Assembly (NCBI GenBank): GCA_963826535.1
Contig: CAWGXL010000010.1
Location: 106,814 to 170,813, forward strand
DNA length: 64,000 nucleotides
Direction of reading: 5' to 3'
DNA from: an uncultured bacterium
GTDB lineage: Bacteria > Patescibacteriota > Microgenomatia > Levybacterales > UBA12049
The notes beneath the pieces are model-generated. The model did not search any database and was not told where the DNA came from. It saw only the letters and a program-made list of their open reading frames with translations. This document shows positions 18,509 to 27,313 of the stretch, one piece after another. The position numbers and the translations under genes are program-made. Within the stretch, counting starts at the first letter, position 1; every line of letters starts with the position of its first letter.

Positions 18509-20389
18509 TTAGCTTCTCAGTCTATCAACAAACTTTTGCACTGCAGCATCATCTTTCTGGCCTTTAATAATTTGAATATAACTATTTATTGTTTCGGGAG
18601 TTGTCTCATCATTCCCATAAAGATCTATCATCTTTCTGCCAAAATCGGCTAAAACTTTAATTCCTTTTTGCGGGTCTGTAATTTGATAACCTCTTTCTTG
18701 CTCAACTATAACTCCACTCTTGAGCAGCTCGTATATTGTAGCAATTCCTGAATAATAGTATCCTTCACTACTATCACCTACCACTTTAGATTTATTTGCA
18801 ATTTTGTCGCATATTGTGCCTAATTTAGCTTGAAATTCTACGGCAGCGTCAATTGCCACTAAACCTTTTGTCCCCTCCTCATCTAGTAAGACCATGCTCA
18901 CAGTTTCGGCCTTGAGCGCTCCGGCAATATTTGCCTCAGGGCTAGTTCCGCCTGTCCTTTCGCTGACCATATTATCATCGGTTTCTGAAAGTACAGCATG
19001 TCCCAATTCATATCGCACGCTTTCTTCAATAGCTGCATGGACAAATCCTCTTTCATCAATGCTTATCGCAGGAAACATTTTTTTCAGCAAGGGAATTTGT
19101 AGAGTTTCGGCAGTGTCCCTAACTGCATTTGTGTATGTATTCACACTTCCTTGACCGGTCTCTCCCGGTGTATGAAAATATAGATTCGGACCAAAGGCAA
19201 ATGGTTGATACGTAACAATAGGTGGAGGAACGGTAAATGGTTCTTTAAGCGCATCTTCATGTTCATTAACTAATTCCTGAGCTATTTCTCTATAATGACT
19301 TACTCTACCTTCAATTCCTCTTGTTTCCTCAGTTTTTACTGCTACACGAATTTCAATATCAACTTTTTCAGCTTCTCCGGCAACAGTTTGACTAGATTGA
19401 GGAACAATAACAAGTGGACACTCTCCTTCTGTCATTTGCGCTTGTCTATTATATAATTTATCCCATTTATCATTTAATCTTGCAAGATCTTTTGTAGGCG
19501 AATTATATACTTTTGCCATTTGATCTAAATAATTTGGGATGCCACGGTAACTTGGCGGTAATTTATTTTCGCTGAGTAATGTCCTTGACCGGCCAGCCAA
19601 TAATTTTAATCTAGCTGCAGTTCTCGTTATTTCAAATGGAAACATTTTGCTATAGCTTTGTATGTCTATTTTGCCTTTTTTGCCCTTTAGTTCATAGGCA
19701 AATTGAGATCCATCATCGTCTCCGCGAGGTGTAGCAATTGACCCTGATGGTGTATCTGCATATTCTGTCTGTTTTATAAAACCTTGATCAATATACTTCC
19801 CTGATAAACCTGCGATATCAGTTACAAACATGAGCTCTTCTTTTGTGAAACCAATTTTATTTAGTTGCGCTTCTGAAAGTTTTGGTACCCAGCGGCGCAT
19901 CACGACTACTGATGATAATTGGCGCTCCGAAGAAGCAACAAGCAAACTTCTCCAAGCATCAGGATTTACTTTACGAAGCGGCTCAAGATCCGCAAATTGC
20001 CGAATGCGCAGTTTTTTCTCCATCTCTGACGGGTTTAACAGAAGTCCGCGAACTTGACTATATCCTTCCGTATCAGGTAAAGACGCAGCCCAGCCTTTAT
20101 ATTTTTCGTTTAATAATCCGCCTACATTCCGGTCCCATTGGGTTGTTACAGCTTTAGCCGAGGCATCAAATAAATCTTCAAGACCATGCACTTCCGGAAC
20201 AGCAGGATATTCTCCATCTTTTACTTTTAATCTTCCACGAATATCTCTTCCTAGAGTAATATATTCAGGAACTGGTGTGGGTTTCAATGAATCTAGGCGA
20301 TTTGTTGGATCAATTTTGATATCAGAGCCAAAAAGAGTTTCGCGTTTTCCTGAATGCATTGAATGATCGCCTTTTTGTTCCTCGCCCAT
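18509..20389 (-). CDS. M49/DPP-III-like zincin homolog with degenerate metal ligands
   Basis: RYELGHA...ALKAE in place of HELGH...EExKAD; start at ATG 20389, 7 nt after TGA-TATACT. Confidence 0.5.
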   Translation of the reverse strand: MGEEQKGDHSMHSGKRETLFGSDIKIDPTNRLDSLKPTPVPEYITLGRDIRGRLKVKDGEYPAVPEVHGLEDLFDASAKAVTTQWDRNVGGLLNEKYKGWAASLPDTEGYSQVRGLLLNPSEMEKKLRIRQFADLEPLRKVNPDAWRSLLVASSERQLSSVVVMRRWVPKLSEAQLNKIGFTKEELMFVTDIAGLSGKYIDQGFIKQTEYADTPSGSIATPRGDDDGSQFAYELKGKKGKIDIQSYSKMFPFEITRTAARLKLLAGRSRTLLSENKLPPSYRGIPNYLDQMAKVYNSPTKDLARLNDKWDKLYNRQAQMTEGECPLVIVPQSSQTVAGEAEKVDIEIRVAVKTEETRGIEGRVSHYREIAQELVNEHEDALKEPFTVPPPIVTYQPFAFGPNLYFHTPGETGQGSVNTYTNAVRDTAETLQIPLLKKMFPAISIDERGFVHAAIEESVRYELGHAVLSETDDNMVSERTGGTSPEANIAGALKAETVSMVLLDEEGTKGLVAIDAAVEFQAKLGTICDKIANKSKVVGDSSEGYYYSGIATIYELLKSGVIVEQERGYQITDPQKGIKVLADFGRKMIDLYGNDETTPETINSYIQIIKGQKDDAAVQKFVDRLRS

Positions 20390-20518
20390 TCTTAAGAGTA
20401 TATCAAGATCAATCCGAAAATTGCAAAATAATTGCATTAAGCTGGTTTCCAATTCAAAAATATAGTGCACTTTTATTCCTGAATATTTTTAAATTCTCTG
20501 ATATAATTTGCTATATAT

Positions 20519-21163
20519 ATGAATAAATCAACACGATATAATGCGATAATTGTATTAGGCGGCGGTCGGACCAACGAGGGAGATTTGACCCCTCTTTCTA
20601 TACAAAGATTAAATAAAGGAATTGAATTGTATAAAGAAGGTGTTTCAAATAAGGTAGTTGCTCTAGGTGGTCATTATAGTACATACAGCCCCCATGCTAC
20701 CCGGTTTCAAAAAACAGGAGCCTATTTGCGAGGCGAATATTTAATTAGAGGTGGTGTTTCCGCTTCTGATGTCATTTTTGTTGAAGATGGTAAAGACACA
20801 ATAGGGGAAGCATTTGCCTCAAGGCAAAAAATGAGAGCATTAGGTATAAGAAGCATAAGTTTGGTTACATCTGATAAGCACCTCGATAGAAGCCTTTTTA
20901 TTTTCAGAAGAATCTATGGCGAGCAATCCCAAATAGAAGGTATTGGAGTCCCAAGTGCCGATCTACTAAACAGTGAGGAAGAAGCAGAATACTTAGGGGT
21001 TGCAAAAAAGTTTTTTTCTAGATTACCCCATGAGATCCCTGACCCTAATCTTGATTCTTGGTATAGTGACCACTCTCAACTTTATCAAGAATACAAAACC
21101 ATACATGATAGATTTCATCTACCCGGAAATGAATCTCAAGCTTATATGGGTGTGAGAAAATAA
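20519..21163 (+). CDS. YdcF/DUF218 family protein
   Basis: AIIVLGGG, EDGKDTIGEA, LVTSDKHLDRS. Confidence 0.85.
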   Translation: MNKSTRYNAIIVLGGGRTNEGDLTPLSIQRLNKGIELYKEGVSNKVVALGGHYSTYSPHATRFQKTGAYLRGEYLIRGGVSASDVIFVEDGKDTIGEAFASRQKMRALGIRSISLVTSDKHLDRSLFIFRRIYGEQSQIEGIGVPSADLLNSEEEAEYLGVAKKFFSRLPHEIPDPNLDSWYSDHSQLYQEYKTIHDRFHLPGNESQAYMGVRK

Positions 21164-21250
21164 ACAATGTAAGAAGATATACACGAAGTACGTATTCCAT
21201 ACCTCGTAAGGTAATATATGATAGATTGTTTGAAGGAGGTGAATTAAAAA

Positions 21251-21870
21251 ATGAAAGCAGCACAAATCAAAAATTATGGCGGCACAGATGCGATTGAGAT
21301 TAATTCAAATGCTCAAAAGCCACCATTGCAGCAAGGACAAATTTTAGTTGACGTTCATGCATCAAGCCTTAATCGAATGGATTCCGTAGTCCGTAACGGA
21401 TACTTACAAAAAATGATGCCATTCCCTTTCCCAATTACTCTAGGTGGAGATTTTTCAGGCGTTGTTACAGAAATTGGAAAAGGTGTAACTGATTTTAAAG
21501 TAGGTGATGAGGTATATGGAAATGCCGGAGTATATAAAGGTGGTTCAGGCTCACTTGCGGAATTTGTAGCATCAAAAAATGAAAATACTTATCTTAAACC
21601 AACATCTCTTGATTTTACTCAGTCAGCTGCACTTCCATTAGTTGGAGCAAGTGCATTACAAGGAATTGAAGAAGAATTGAAAGTTCAGCCGGGGCAAAAA
21701 ATTCTTATTCAAGGAGGCGCAGGTGGAATTGGATCCCTTGCAATCCAAATTGCAAAAATGCATGGTGCCTATGTCGCAACAACAGTTGGGACTGATGATG
21801 TTGAGTTTGTTAAAAATCTTGGAGCAAATGAAGCCATTGATTATAAAAAACAAAATGTAGCACAAGTTTT
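21251..21870 (+). pseudogene. NADPH-dependent MDR-family (quinone oxidoreductase-like) gene, 5' part, interrupted by IS
   Basis: LGGDFSGVV..VGDEVYG, GGAGGIG; reading frame cut at ...NVAQV by the element. Confidence 0.92.
21863..21870. repeat. Target site duplication, left copy (CAAGTTTT)
   Basis: Identical 8-mer at 26810-26817. Confidence 0.95.
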
Positions 21871-21920
21871 GGTAGTGGGTCAATTTGAAGGAGTGGAAAT
21901 TCACATGATATAATTAGTTT

Positions 21921-22650
21921 ATGTTGAGTAAGAGTGATATTTTGGAAGAAGTAATCCGAACCGCAAAGGAAAACGGAGGAATACCTCTTGGGAGAGGCAG
22001 GTTTGAGAAAGAAACAGGCATAAAACCGTATGATTGGGAAAAGTATTGGGTTCGACTTAGTGACGCACAAATAGAAGCGGGATTCACTCCTAATAAGCTC
22101 ACCACTGCATATACTGATGAATTTTTAATCAAAAAAATGATTGAACTTATTCGCAAACTCGGAAAATTTCCAGTTTACGGAGAATTAAAACTAGAAGCAC
22201 GCAGCAATCCAGAGTTTCCAGAAGCTAGGAGTTTTTTTCGAGACTAAGGAGCAAAAACGAAAACTAACAACAAAACTAATTGAATACTGTAAAGATAAGA
22301 GTAACTATTCAGATATTATAAATCTATGTCAGCTTGTTCTAGAAGATTTACCACAAAGAGAAATATCCGAATCTGATACATCTGTTCAATATGGAGAGGT
22401 TTATCTTTTTAAATCTGGTCGATATTATAAAATTGGGAGAACAAATGATTTGGTACGAAGAGGTACAGAAATTAAAATTCAATTACCAGAAAAAGTAGAT
22501 TTAATTCATTCAATTAAAACTGATGATCCGAGTGGGATAGAGTCTTATTGGCATAGACGGTTTCAATCGAAGTGCATGAATAATAGTGAGTGGTTTGATT
22601 TAAGCTCATCTGATGTAAAAGCATTTAAACGTTGGAGAAAAATTGTTTGA
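21921..22650 (+). pseudogene. GIY-YIG-type (T5orf172/MUG113-like) nuclease with N-terminal helical repeats; frameshift near 22232-22260
   Basis: +1 frame reads ...KLIEYCKD...GEVYLFKSGRYYKIGRT...ESYWHRRF...EWFDL; the break follows a T7 run. Confidence 0.75.
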
Positions 22651-22656
22651 ATTTTG

Positions 22657-23511
22657 TTAATAACCTGAATCAGTTAATTTTATAATATCCTCAATTTTCA
22701 ATGCTTTCGTTGCAACTCCAACGGCCATCGCAGGTGTGATGCCAAGATTTCTTATTTGATTTAATGTTTTATGTGGTCTGCAAAAGTTGTAATACATAAA
22801 ATGCAGCGCAACAGCAGCCTTTAGATTTTCAATCTTTTTTGAAAAAGCATTTGTCAATCTGGTAAATCTACGCATATTCATTCTCATTGTTAAGTTTTGC
22901 CTCTCAATATAGCTTGTCGAAATTTTCTTTGCATCCGGTTGTCCTTGCATTATCTCTATTTCAGTTCCAATACATTCAGCAGGGCTGTATCTTTTCTCAT
23001 CTTCTTTTTGTTGCTTGCCATATATTTTAATTAACATGGCGTAATCAACTTCAGAACCAATCGCGTCTTCTACCGCTTGTAAATAAACTTTATGCCCATC
23101 TGTTGTAAGTTGAACACGATTAGCTAATCTGCTTTTTAGGTCATTCATAAAAGCCATACCATACTCTGCATCTCTTAATCCAACAAGCCAAGATGGAACG
23201 AGTTTGGTGTCAGCGTCTAATGATGTCCACGTCCAAACATTGCCATAACCAAAATTACCTTTGTATTCTTCGGGTACGTTTTTCTCTTTCGCATAACAGA
23301 ACGACCATATTTCATCACATTGGATATTTTTACATGGAAGCTTACGAAGTGTAGTATCTTGATACTCAGCACATGCTCCACCAACGCTCAATAATAATCG
23401 TGTAACTGTACCCTTTGCAACTCCAGTCATCCGGCAAGTTGACCTAATTGAATTACCCTCCACTAATGCTGAAATTACTTGTGTTTTCTCCTCAAGATTT
23501 AATGCATTCAC
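22657..23511 (-). CDS. IS1-family DDE transposase (single ORF, N-terminal HTH)
   Basis: EGNSIRSTCR HTH; IQCDEIWSF, TTDG, YIERQNLTMRMNMRRFTRLTNAFSKK. Confidence 0.92.
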   Translation of the reverse strand: MNALNLEEKTQVISALVEGNSIRSTCRMTGVAKGTVTRLLLSVGGACAEYQDTTLRKLPCKNIQCDEIWSFCYAKEKNVPEEYKGNFGYGNVWTWTSLDADTKLVPSWLVGLRDAEYGMAFMNDLKSRLANRVQLTTDGHKVYLQAVEDAIGSEVDYAMLIKIYGKQQKEDEKRYSPAECIGTEIEIMQGQPDAKKISTSYIERQNLTMRMNMRRFTRLTNAFSKKIENLKAAVALHFMYYNFCRPHKTLNQIRNLGITPAMAVGVATKALKIEDIIKLTDSGY

Positions 23512-23517
23512 ACTGTT

Positions 23518-23546
23518 ATTATACTTGAGCGCTCAAGCATTGTCAA
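23518..23546 (-). promoter_or_regulatory. Consensus sigma70 promoter of the transposase with palindromic spacer
   Basis: TTGACA-ATGCTTGAGCGCTCAAG-TATAAT, 6 nt before GTG; CTTGAGCGCTCAAG is a perfect 14-bp palindrome. Confidence 0.85.
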
Positions 23547-23561
23547 GATTAGATTTCCTCA

Positions 23562-23635
23562 AATTCAGTATCAACATAAGGTATTTTTTGTCCCATCTAT
23601 CTGGGACAGTTTTTGGCTTTACCTGATACTAAATT
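23562..23635. repeat. Co-centred nested inverted repeats
   Basis: Inner TGTCCCA-N6-TGGGACA (23589-23608); outer AATTCAGTATCA/TGATACTAAATT (11/12); same centre. Confidence 0.75.
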
Positions 23636-23848
23636 AATCCTCTTTTCAGGCTAATTTCGCCTTGATTCTTGATCCATAGGTGTGCTATTATCCTTTATAA
23701 ATATATGGGTGGGGACCCCGGCATATATTACTAATTAATTCCCACTGTCCACAACTGCTTCAAGAATAACAAATACCATTCTTAACTATACATATACAGT
23801 ATCTGTAATAATTCATAGATCAAAAAAAATAATAAACAATAAAATAAC

Positions 23849-24700
23849 ATGTCTAAAAAAATCATAACAAAAAAACAAGAAACGATACTCACATTAATCC
23901 TGATATTCAGATTTATCAATAGTAAACAGATACAACAATTCTTAGGACACAAGGATCATAGAAGAATAAATAGTTGGTTAAAAGATTTAGCGGAGAAACA
24001 ATATATCATCAGAGAATATAAACCAGTGTTTGGCACATTAACAAAACCTGCTGTCTGCTATTTATCATTGCTCGGCAGACAGTACATACGAGATACTCTG
24101 TATTTCATGAACAATACATACCTTGTAAGATTACGGGGCGATAAAGAAAGATCAAAGTCATTCAGAATACGATGTCAGTTGATTGCTGATTTTTACCTCA
24201 TTATCTTTGCAGGGAAAGAGAAAGAGTTAGTCACCTCCATAGAAGAATATTTAAAAGAGGGGGTAACAATAAAATCCAATATTCATCAGTTTTTTACTCC
24301 TGCATTTTACAGTGAACTTGAATTTGTACTCCTTTCTCACCTAAAGCCTGACGCGTATGTCTATAAACAGACAAAAACAGGAATCACTCATTCATGTATC
24401 TTTGTGCTTGATGCATATATTCCTCGTCTTATGTTGCAATATACCCTCAAACGTATTTTTCAGGCATTAGATGAAGAGAATTGGGAAGATGATGGGATTG
24501 CATCGCTCCACCTCTATTTTGTCTGTCCGAATAATATGGTGATTATATATTTAAGAAAGCTTCTCAAATCATTCATGGAACGCTATTATGGCAACATACC
24601 ACTCTTGTTTCATTTTGCGACAATAAATCAGTTGTATAAAAGGAAAACGGAAAAGTCTGTTAAAACCGATTGGATTACTGTTTCATCAAATGATGAATAG
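23849..24700 (+). CDS. Replication-relaxation family protein (wHTH plus PD-(D/E)xK-like)
   Basis: FRFINSKQIQQFL...RINSWLKDL...YLSLLG wHTH; LKPDAYV nuclease-like motif. Confidence 0.65.
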   Translation: MSKKIITKKQETILTLILIFRFINSKQIQQFLGHKDHRRINSWLKDLAEKQYIIREYKPVFGTLTKPAVCYLSLLGRQYIRDTLYFMNNTYLVRLRGDKERSKSFRIRCQLIADFYLIIFAGKEKELVTSIEEYLKEGVTIKSNIHQFFTPAFYSELEFVLLSHLKPDAYVYKQTKTGITHSCIFVLDAYIPRLMLQYTLKRIFQALDEENWEDDGIASLHLYFVCPNNMVIIYLRKLLKSFMERYYGNIPLLFHFATINQLYKRKTEKSVKTDWITVSSNDE

Positions 24701-24959
24701 CCCTCTTTGAGTTTTTGCCGATTTGCAAATTTTATTCAGAGCAATTGGATAGGTCATATGATGTTGAAGATATGGAGTTTCTTTTTACTGCATATGAGAA
24801 AGTAACTATTAATGGGATAATGGTTAATAAATGGAGGATAATTAAGGAAAAATAGAAATATGAAACAAGTAGAATCTAAATATTTACATTGTGCTAATAA
24901 CTTGAATTAAAGTTTGCTTTTTTAATACATATGTTTATAATATTATGTATTAAAAAGAC

Positions 24960-25373
24960 ATGAATAGAGCTGAATTTAAACGACTCTCGTTTTTAAGATT
25001 AAAGGAAGCAAAATTGTTGAATGATGAAAGATGCTATTCAGGAGCTTACTATTTGAGTGGATATGCAGTTGAATGTGCATTGAAAGCATGTATTGCCAAA
25101 AAAACTAAAAAAAGTGAATTTCCTGACTTAAAAGCTGTTCAAGCAAGTCACGTTCATGATTTAATATCATTAATAAGATCTGCTGGACTTGAACTTGATT
25201 TAAATAGTAAAATAAGCACAGATCGTACTTTTGGAAGTTATTGGACAACTGTTAAAGATTGGTCAGAAAAAGCAAGATACAGAACTTATAATCAGACTGA
25301 AGCTCAAGATTTACTTCAAGCAATTTCTGATCCAACGAGAGGAGTATTATTATGGATTCAACATTATTGGTAG
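24960..25373 (+). CDS. HEPN domain protein
   Basis: AYYLSGYAVECALKA...HDL..L...WSEKARY pattern. Confidence 0.8.
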   Translation: MNRAEFKRLSFLRLKEAKLLNDERCYSGAYYLSGYAVECALKACIAKKTKKSEFPDLKAVQASHVHDLISLIRSAGLELDLNSKISTDRTFGSYWTTVKDWSEKARYRTYNQTEAQDLLQAISDPTRGVLLWIQHYW

Positions 25374-25738
25374 AAAAATATATTAATCAAGGGAAAATTT
25401 TTATTCGTAATTTAGATGCGAATAATATTAAAGTGGATGCTGCACTATGGTTTTATGATTCCGATTCGAAAACATGGAAATTAATAATAGCAACGCCCAA
25501 GTATGACCAAGAAGGGGCTCTTAAAGTGTATCAACAAATCGAAAATTATCTACCACATGAAGGTGAAAATCATATTTCCCTACAAGATATTTCTGTAGTG
25601 AGCCCGCATGATTATTTAATATCTATATTAAGAAGTGCTATTAAAACACCAGTGGATGCAATTGCTGATATAAAATTTAATGACAATACAATTAATAACA
25701 AGTATATTGAAGGAGCCTATATTTACCGACTTACATAA
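25352..25738 (+). CDS. HEPN partner protein (putative antitoxin)
   Basis: Overlaps the HEPN gene by 22 nt; AALWFYD...WKLIIATP...GAYIYR. Confidence 0.6.
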   Translation: MDSTLLVEKYINQGKIFIRNLDANNIKVDAALWFYDSDSKTWKLIIATPKYDQEGALKVYQQIENYLPHEGENHISLQDISVVSPHDYLISILRSAIKTPVDAIADIKFNDNTINNKYIEGAYIYRLT

Positions 25739-25747
25739 ATGGTAAAA

Positions 25748-26524
25748 TTATATTAGCTTATTAGCATCCACAGAGTAACCACATGCTTTAAGCTCTTTTA
25801 TTAAATCAAATTTCCATCTTCCATTTAATTCATAAGGCACATATAGTACACCTGAGTAGTCAGTTGGCATTTCGAATTTTTCATCAGGCTTATACAGCGC
25901 CAAAACATTTTCTCTACCTAATTTTCCGATAAAATATCCAAGTTCAAACACGACATTTTGCCTAGCTCTTGATTTAGCATTTTCTATTTTATCTACACGT
26001 TCGTACCCAATATCATCTGGACTGAGTAACACAATGGCAAAGCCAACATCTGAATAGTCAGAGAATTTTTCTATTGTAGTCCGCCCCTTATTAGGTTGTT
26101 CATGTAAAATAATTGCTGTTAATTCTAGCTTCTCTAATGTTCTAGCAACAGATTGTTTCATTTCTTCATCATGTCCATGAACCACGAAAACATTCTTTTT
26201 AGATCTGCTTTCTACCAATTTCGGTTCTTTTTTAGTTTGAATCGGGCTAAAAATTTTTAATTCTTCAATCATTGTTTTAAAAAGATTTAACATTTGATTT
26301 TTTCCAGATATCCATTTTTCTTGATAGTATTCCTCAGTTGATGGATAAATTCTCGGGAAAAAATCTATATCTTTCAAATCTTTTAGATACTTACTGTCAT
26401 TACCAAATATTTTTCGTATTATCATTTCTGATCTACGAGTTAAAGCATCTAATTTATGTTCATCTCTATTTTGTAGTTCATCTAGATCTTTAAGCAGGCT
26501 TTGAATTAGTTCAATATTGTTCAT
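25748..26524 (-). CDS. TIR-domain protein (PF10137, CAP12/Pycsar-type TIR) with N-terminal helical domain
   Basis: VFVVHGHD, IEKF, FAIVLLSPDD, RARQNVVFELGYF, PTDYSG. Confidence 0.88.
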   Translation of the reverse strand: MNNIELIQSLLKDLDELQNRDEHKLDALTRRSEMIIRKIFGNDSKYLKDLKDIDFFPRIYPSTEEYYQEKWISGKNQMLNLFKTMIEELKIFSPIQTKKEPKLVESRSKKNVFVVHGHDEEMKQSVARTLEKLELTAIILHEQPNKGRTTIEKFSDYSDVGFAIVLLSPDDIGYERVDKIENAKSRARQNVVFELGYFIGKLGRENVLALYKPDEKFEMPTDYSGVLYVPYELNGRWKFDLIKELKACGYSVDANKLI

Positions 26525-26558
26525 ATTTTTATAGCATTTTCCTGAAACGAAATAAGGA

Positions 26559-26744
26559 TTATTTTTTCTTCCAACGTGCTTTTGCAGCTTTCCTTGCTAT
26601 TTTTTTCCTCTCGTCGGAAGTTAATTTTGCTTTACGGGCTGGTCCACCTTTTAGACCACCAAGTCTTCCTAGTGCTTGAGCATGAGGATTTTTCTCATGT
26701 GTAGCCTCTTTTGTTATCTTACTTGCGAGTTTATTTATATCCAT
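26559..26744 (-). CDS. Small basic KGG-motif protein at the IS end
   Basis: KNPHAQALGRLGGLKGGPARKAKLTSDERKKIARKAAKARW; ATG 26744 6 nt after TGC-TACCAT. Confidence 0.8.
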   Translation of the reverse strand: MDINKLASKITKEATHEKNPHAQALGRLGGLKGGPARKAKLTSDERKKIARKAAKARWKKK

Positions 26745-26809
26745 GAGGAAATGGTAGCATAGATATTCATGAGCGGTCAAGGAGTGCTAACTGAAATTGA
26801 CCCACTACC

Positions 26810-27136
26810 CAAGTTTTAAAAGATTATGATGCAGTTTTCGATACAGCAGGCGGAGAAGGAACAAATAAACTTTTCGCGGTCCTTAAAAAAGGCGGAAAAC
26901 TAGTCTCAATGGCCAGTCAACCGGATCAAGGACTCGCCAAAAAACATGAAGTAACAGCTTCTACTCAAGTCACTGCAGCAAGCGCTACTCAATTAAAGAG
27001 ATTAGCTGAATTAGTTGATAGAGGAAAAGTAAAAGTGCAAATTGAAAAAACTTTCCCCCTCACAGAGATAAAACAAGCATTTGAGTATTTCGAAACACAA
27101 CACCCGAGAGGAAAAATAGTCGTAAAAGTAAAATAA
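26810..27136 (+). pseudogene. MDR oxidoreductase, 3' part (starts with right TSD copy)
   Basis: QVLKDYDAVFDTAGG...GGKLVSM...FPLTEIKQAF...RGKIVV continues the 21251 ORF in frame after removing the IS. Confidence 0.92.
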
Positions 27137-27313
27137 ATTTAAAATCCAGAAATTGAAAGTAATGTATATATTGCCAAAGACAGAAGTATTTTTTTAAAGC
27201 TCCAATGACGACCGTATTGGCTCCAATTCCAATAGTTTGCCTCATAAATTTCTTAGGATTTTTTTTATTTCTGTTTTATGCTACAATAGAACTAAAGAAA
27301 GGAGAGGCAACCA

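Larger units (their letters stand above)
21871..26809. mobile_element. IS1-family cargo transposon, 4,939 bp
   Basis: Perfect 16-bp TIR GGTAGTGGGTCAATTT (21871-21886; complement 26794-26809), 8-bp TSD, internal IS1-type transposase; removing it restores the oxidoreductase ORF. Confidence 0.95.

Noticed and set aside
21871-21913. C-terminus VVGQFEGVEIHMI of the 220-aa ORF, and 26909..27136 as a separate gene
   Set aside because: Read-through into the IS end; both pieces belong to one interrupted gene.
26782-26790. CIRCE half-site GAGTGCTAA (also TAGCACTC near 42418)
   Set aside because: Only one arm; no partner at 9-bp spacing.
27060-27245. 61-aa ORF with IGANTVVIG, like a hexapeptide acetyltransferase fragment
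   Set aside because: One short motif only, overlapping the oxidoreductase end on the opposite strand.
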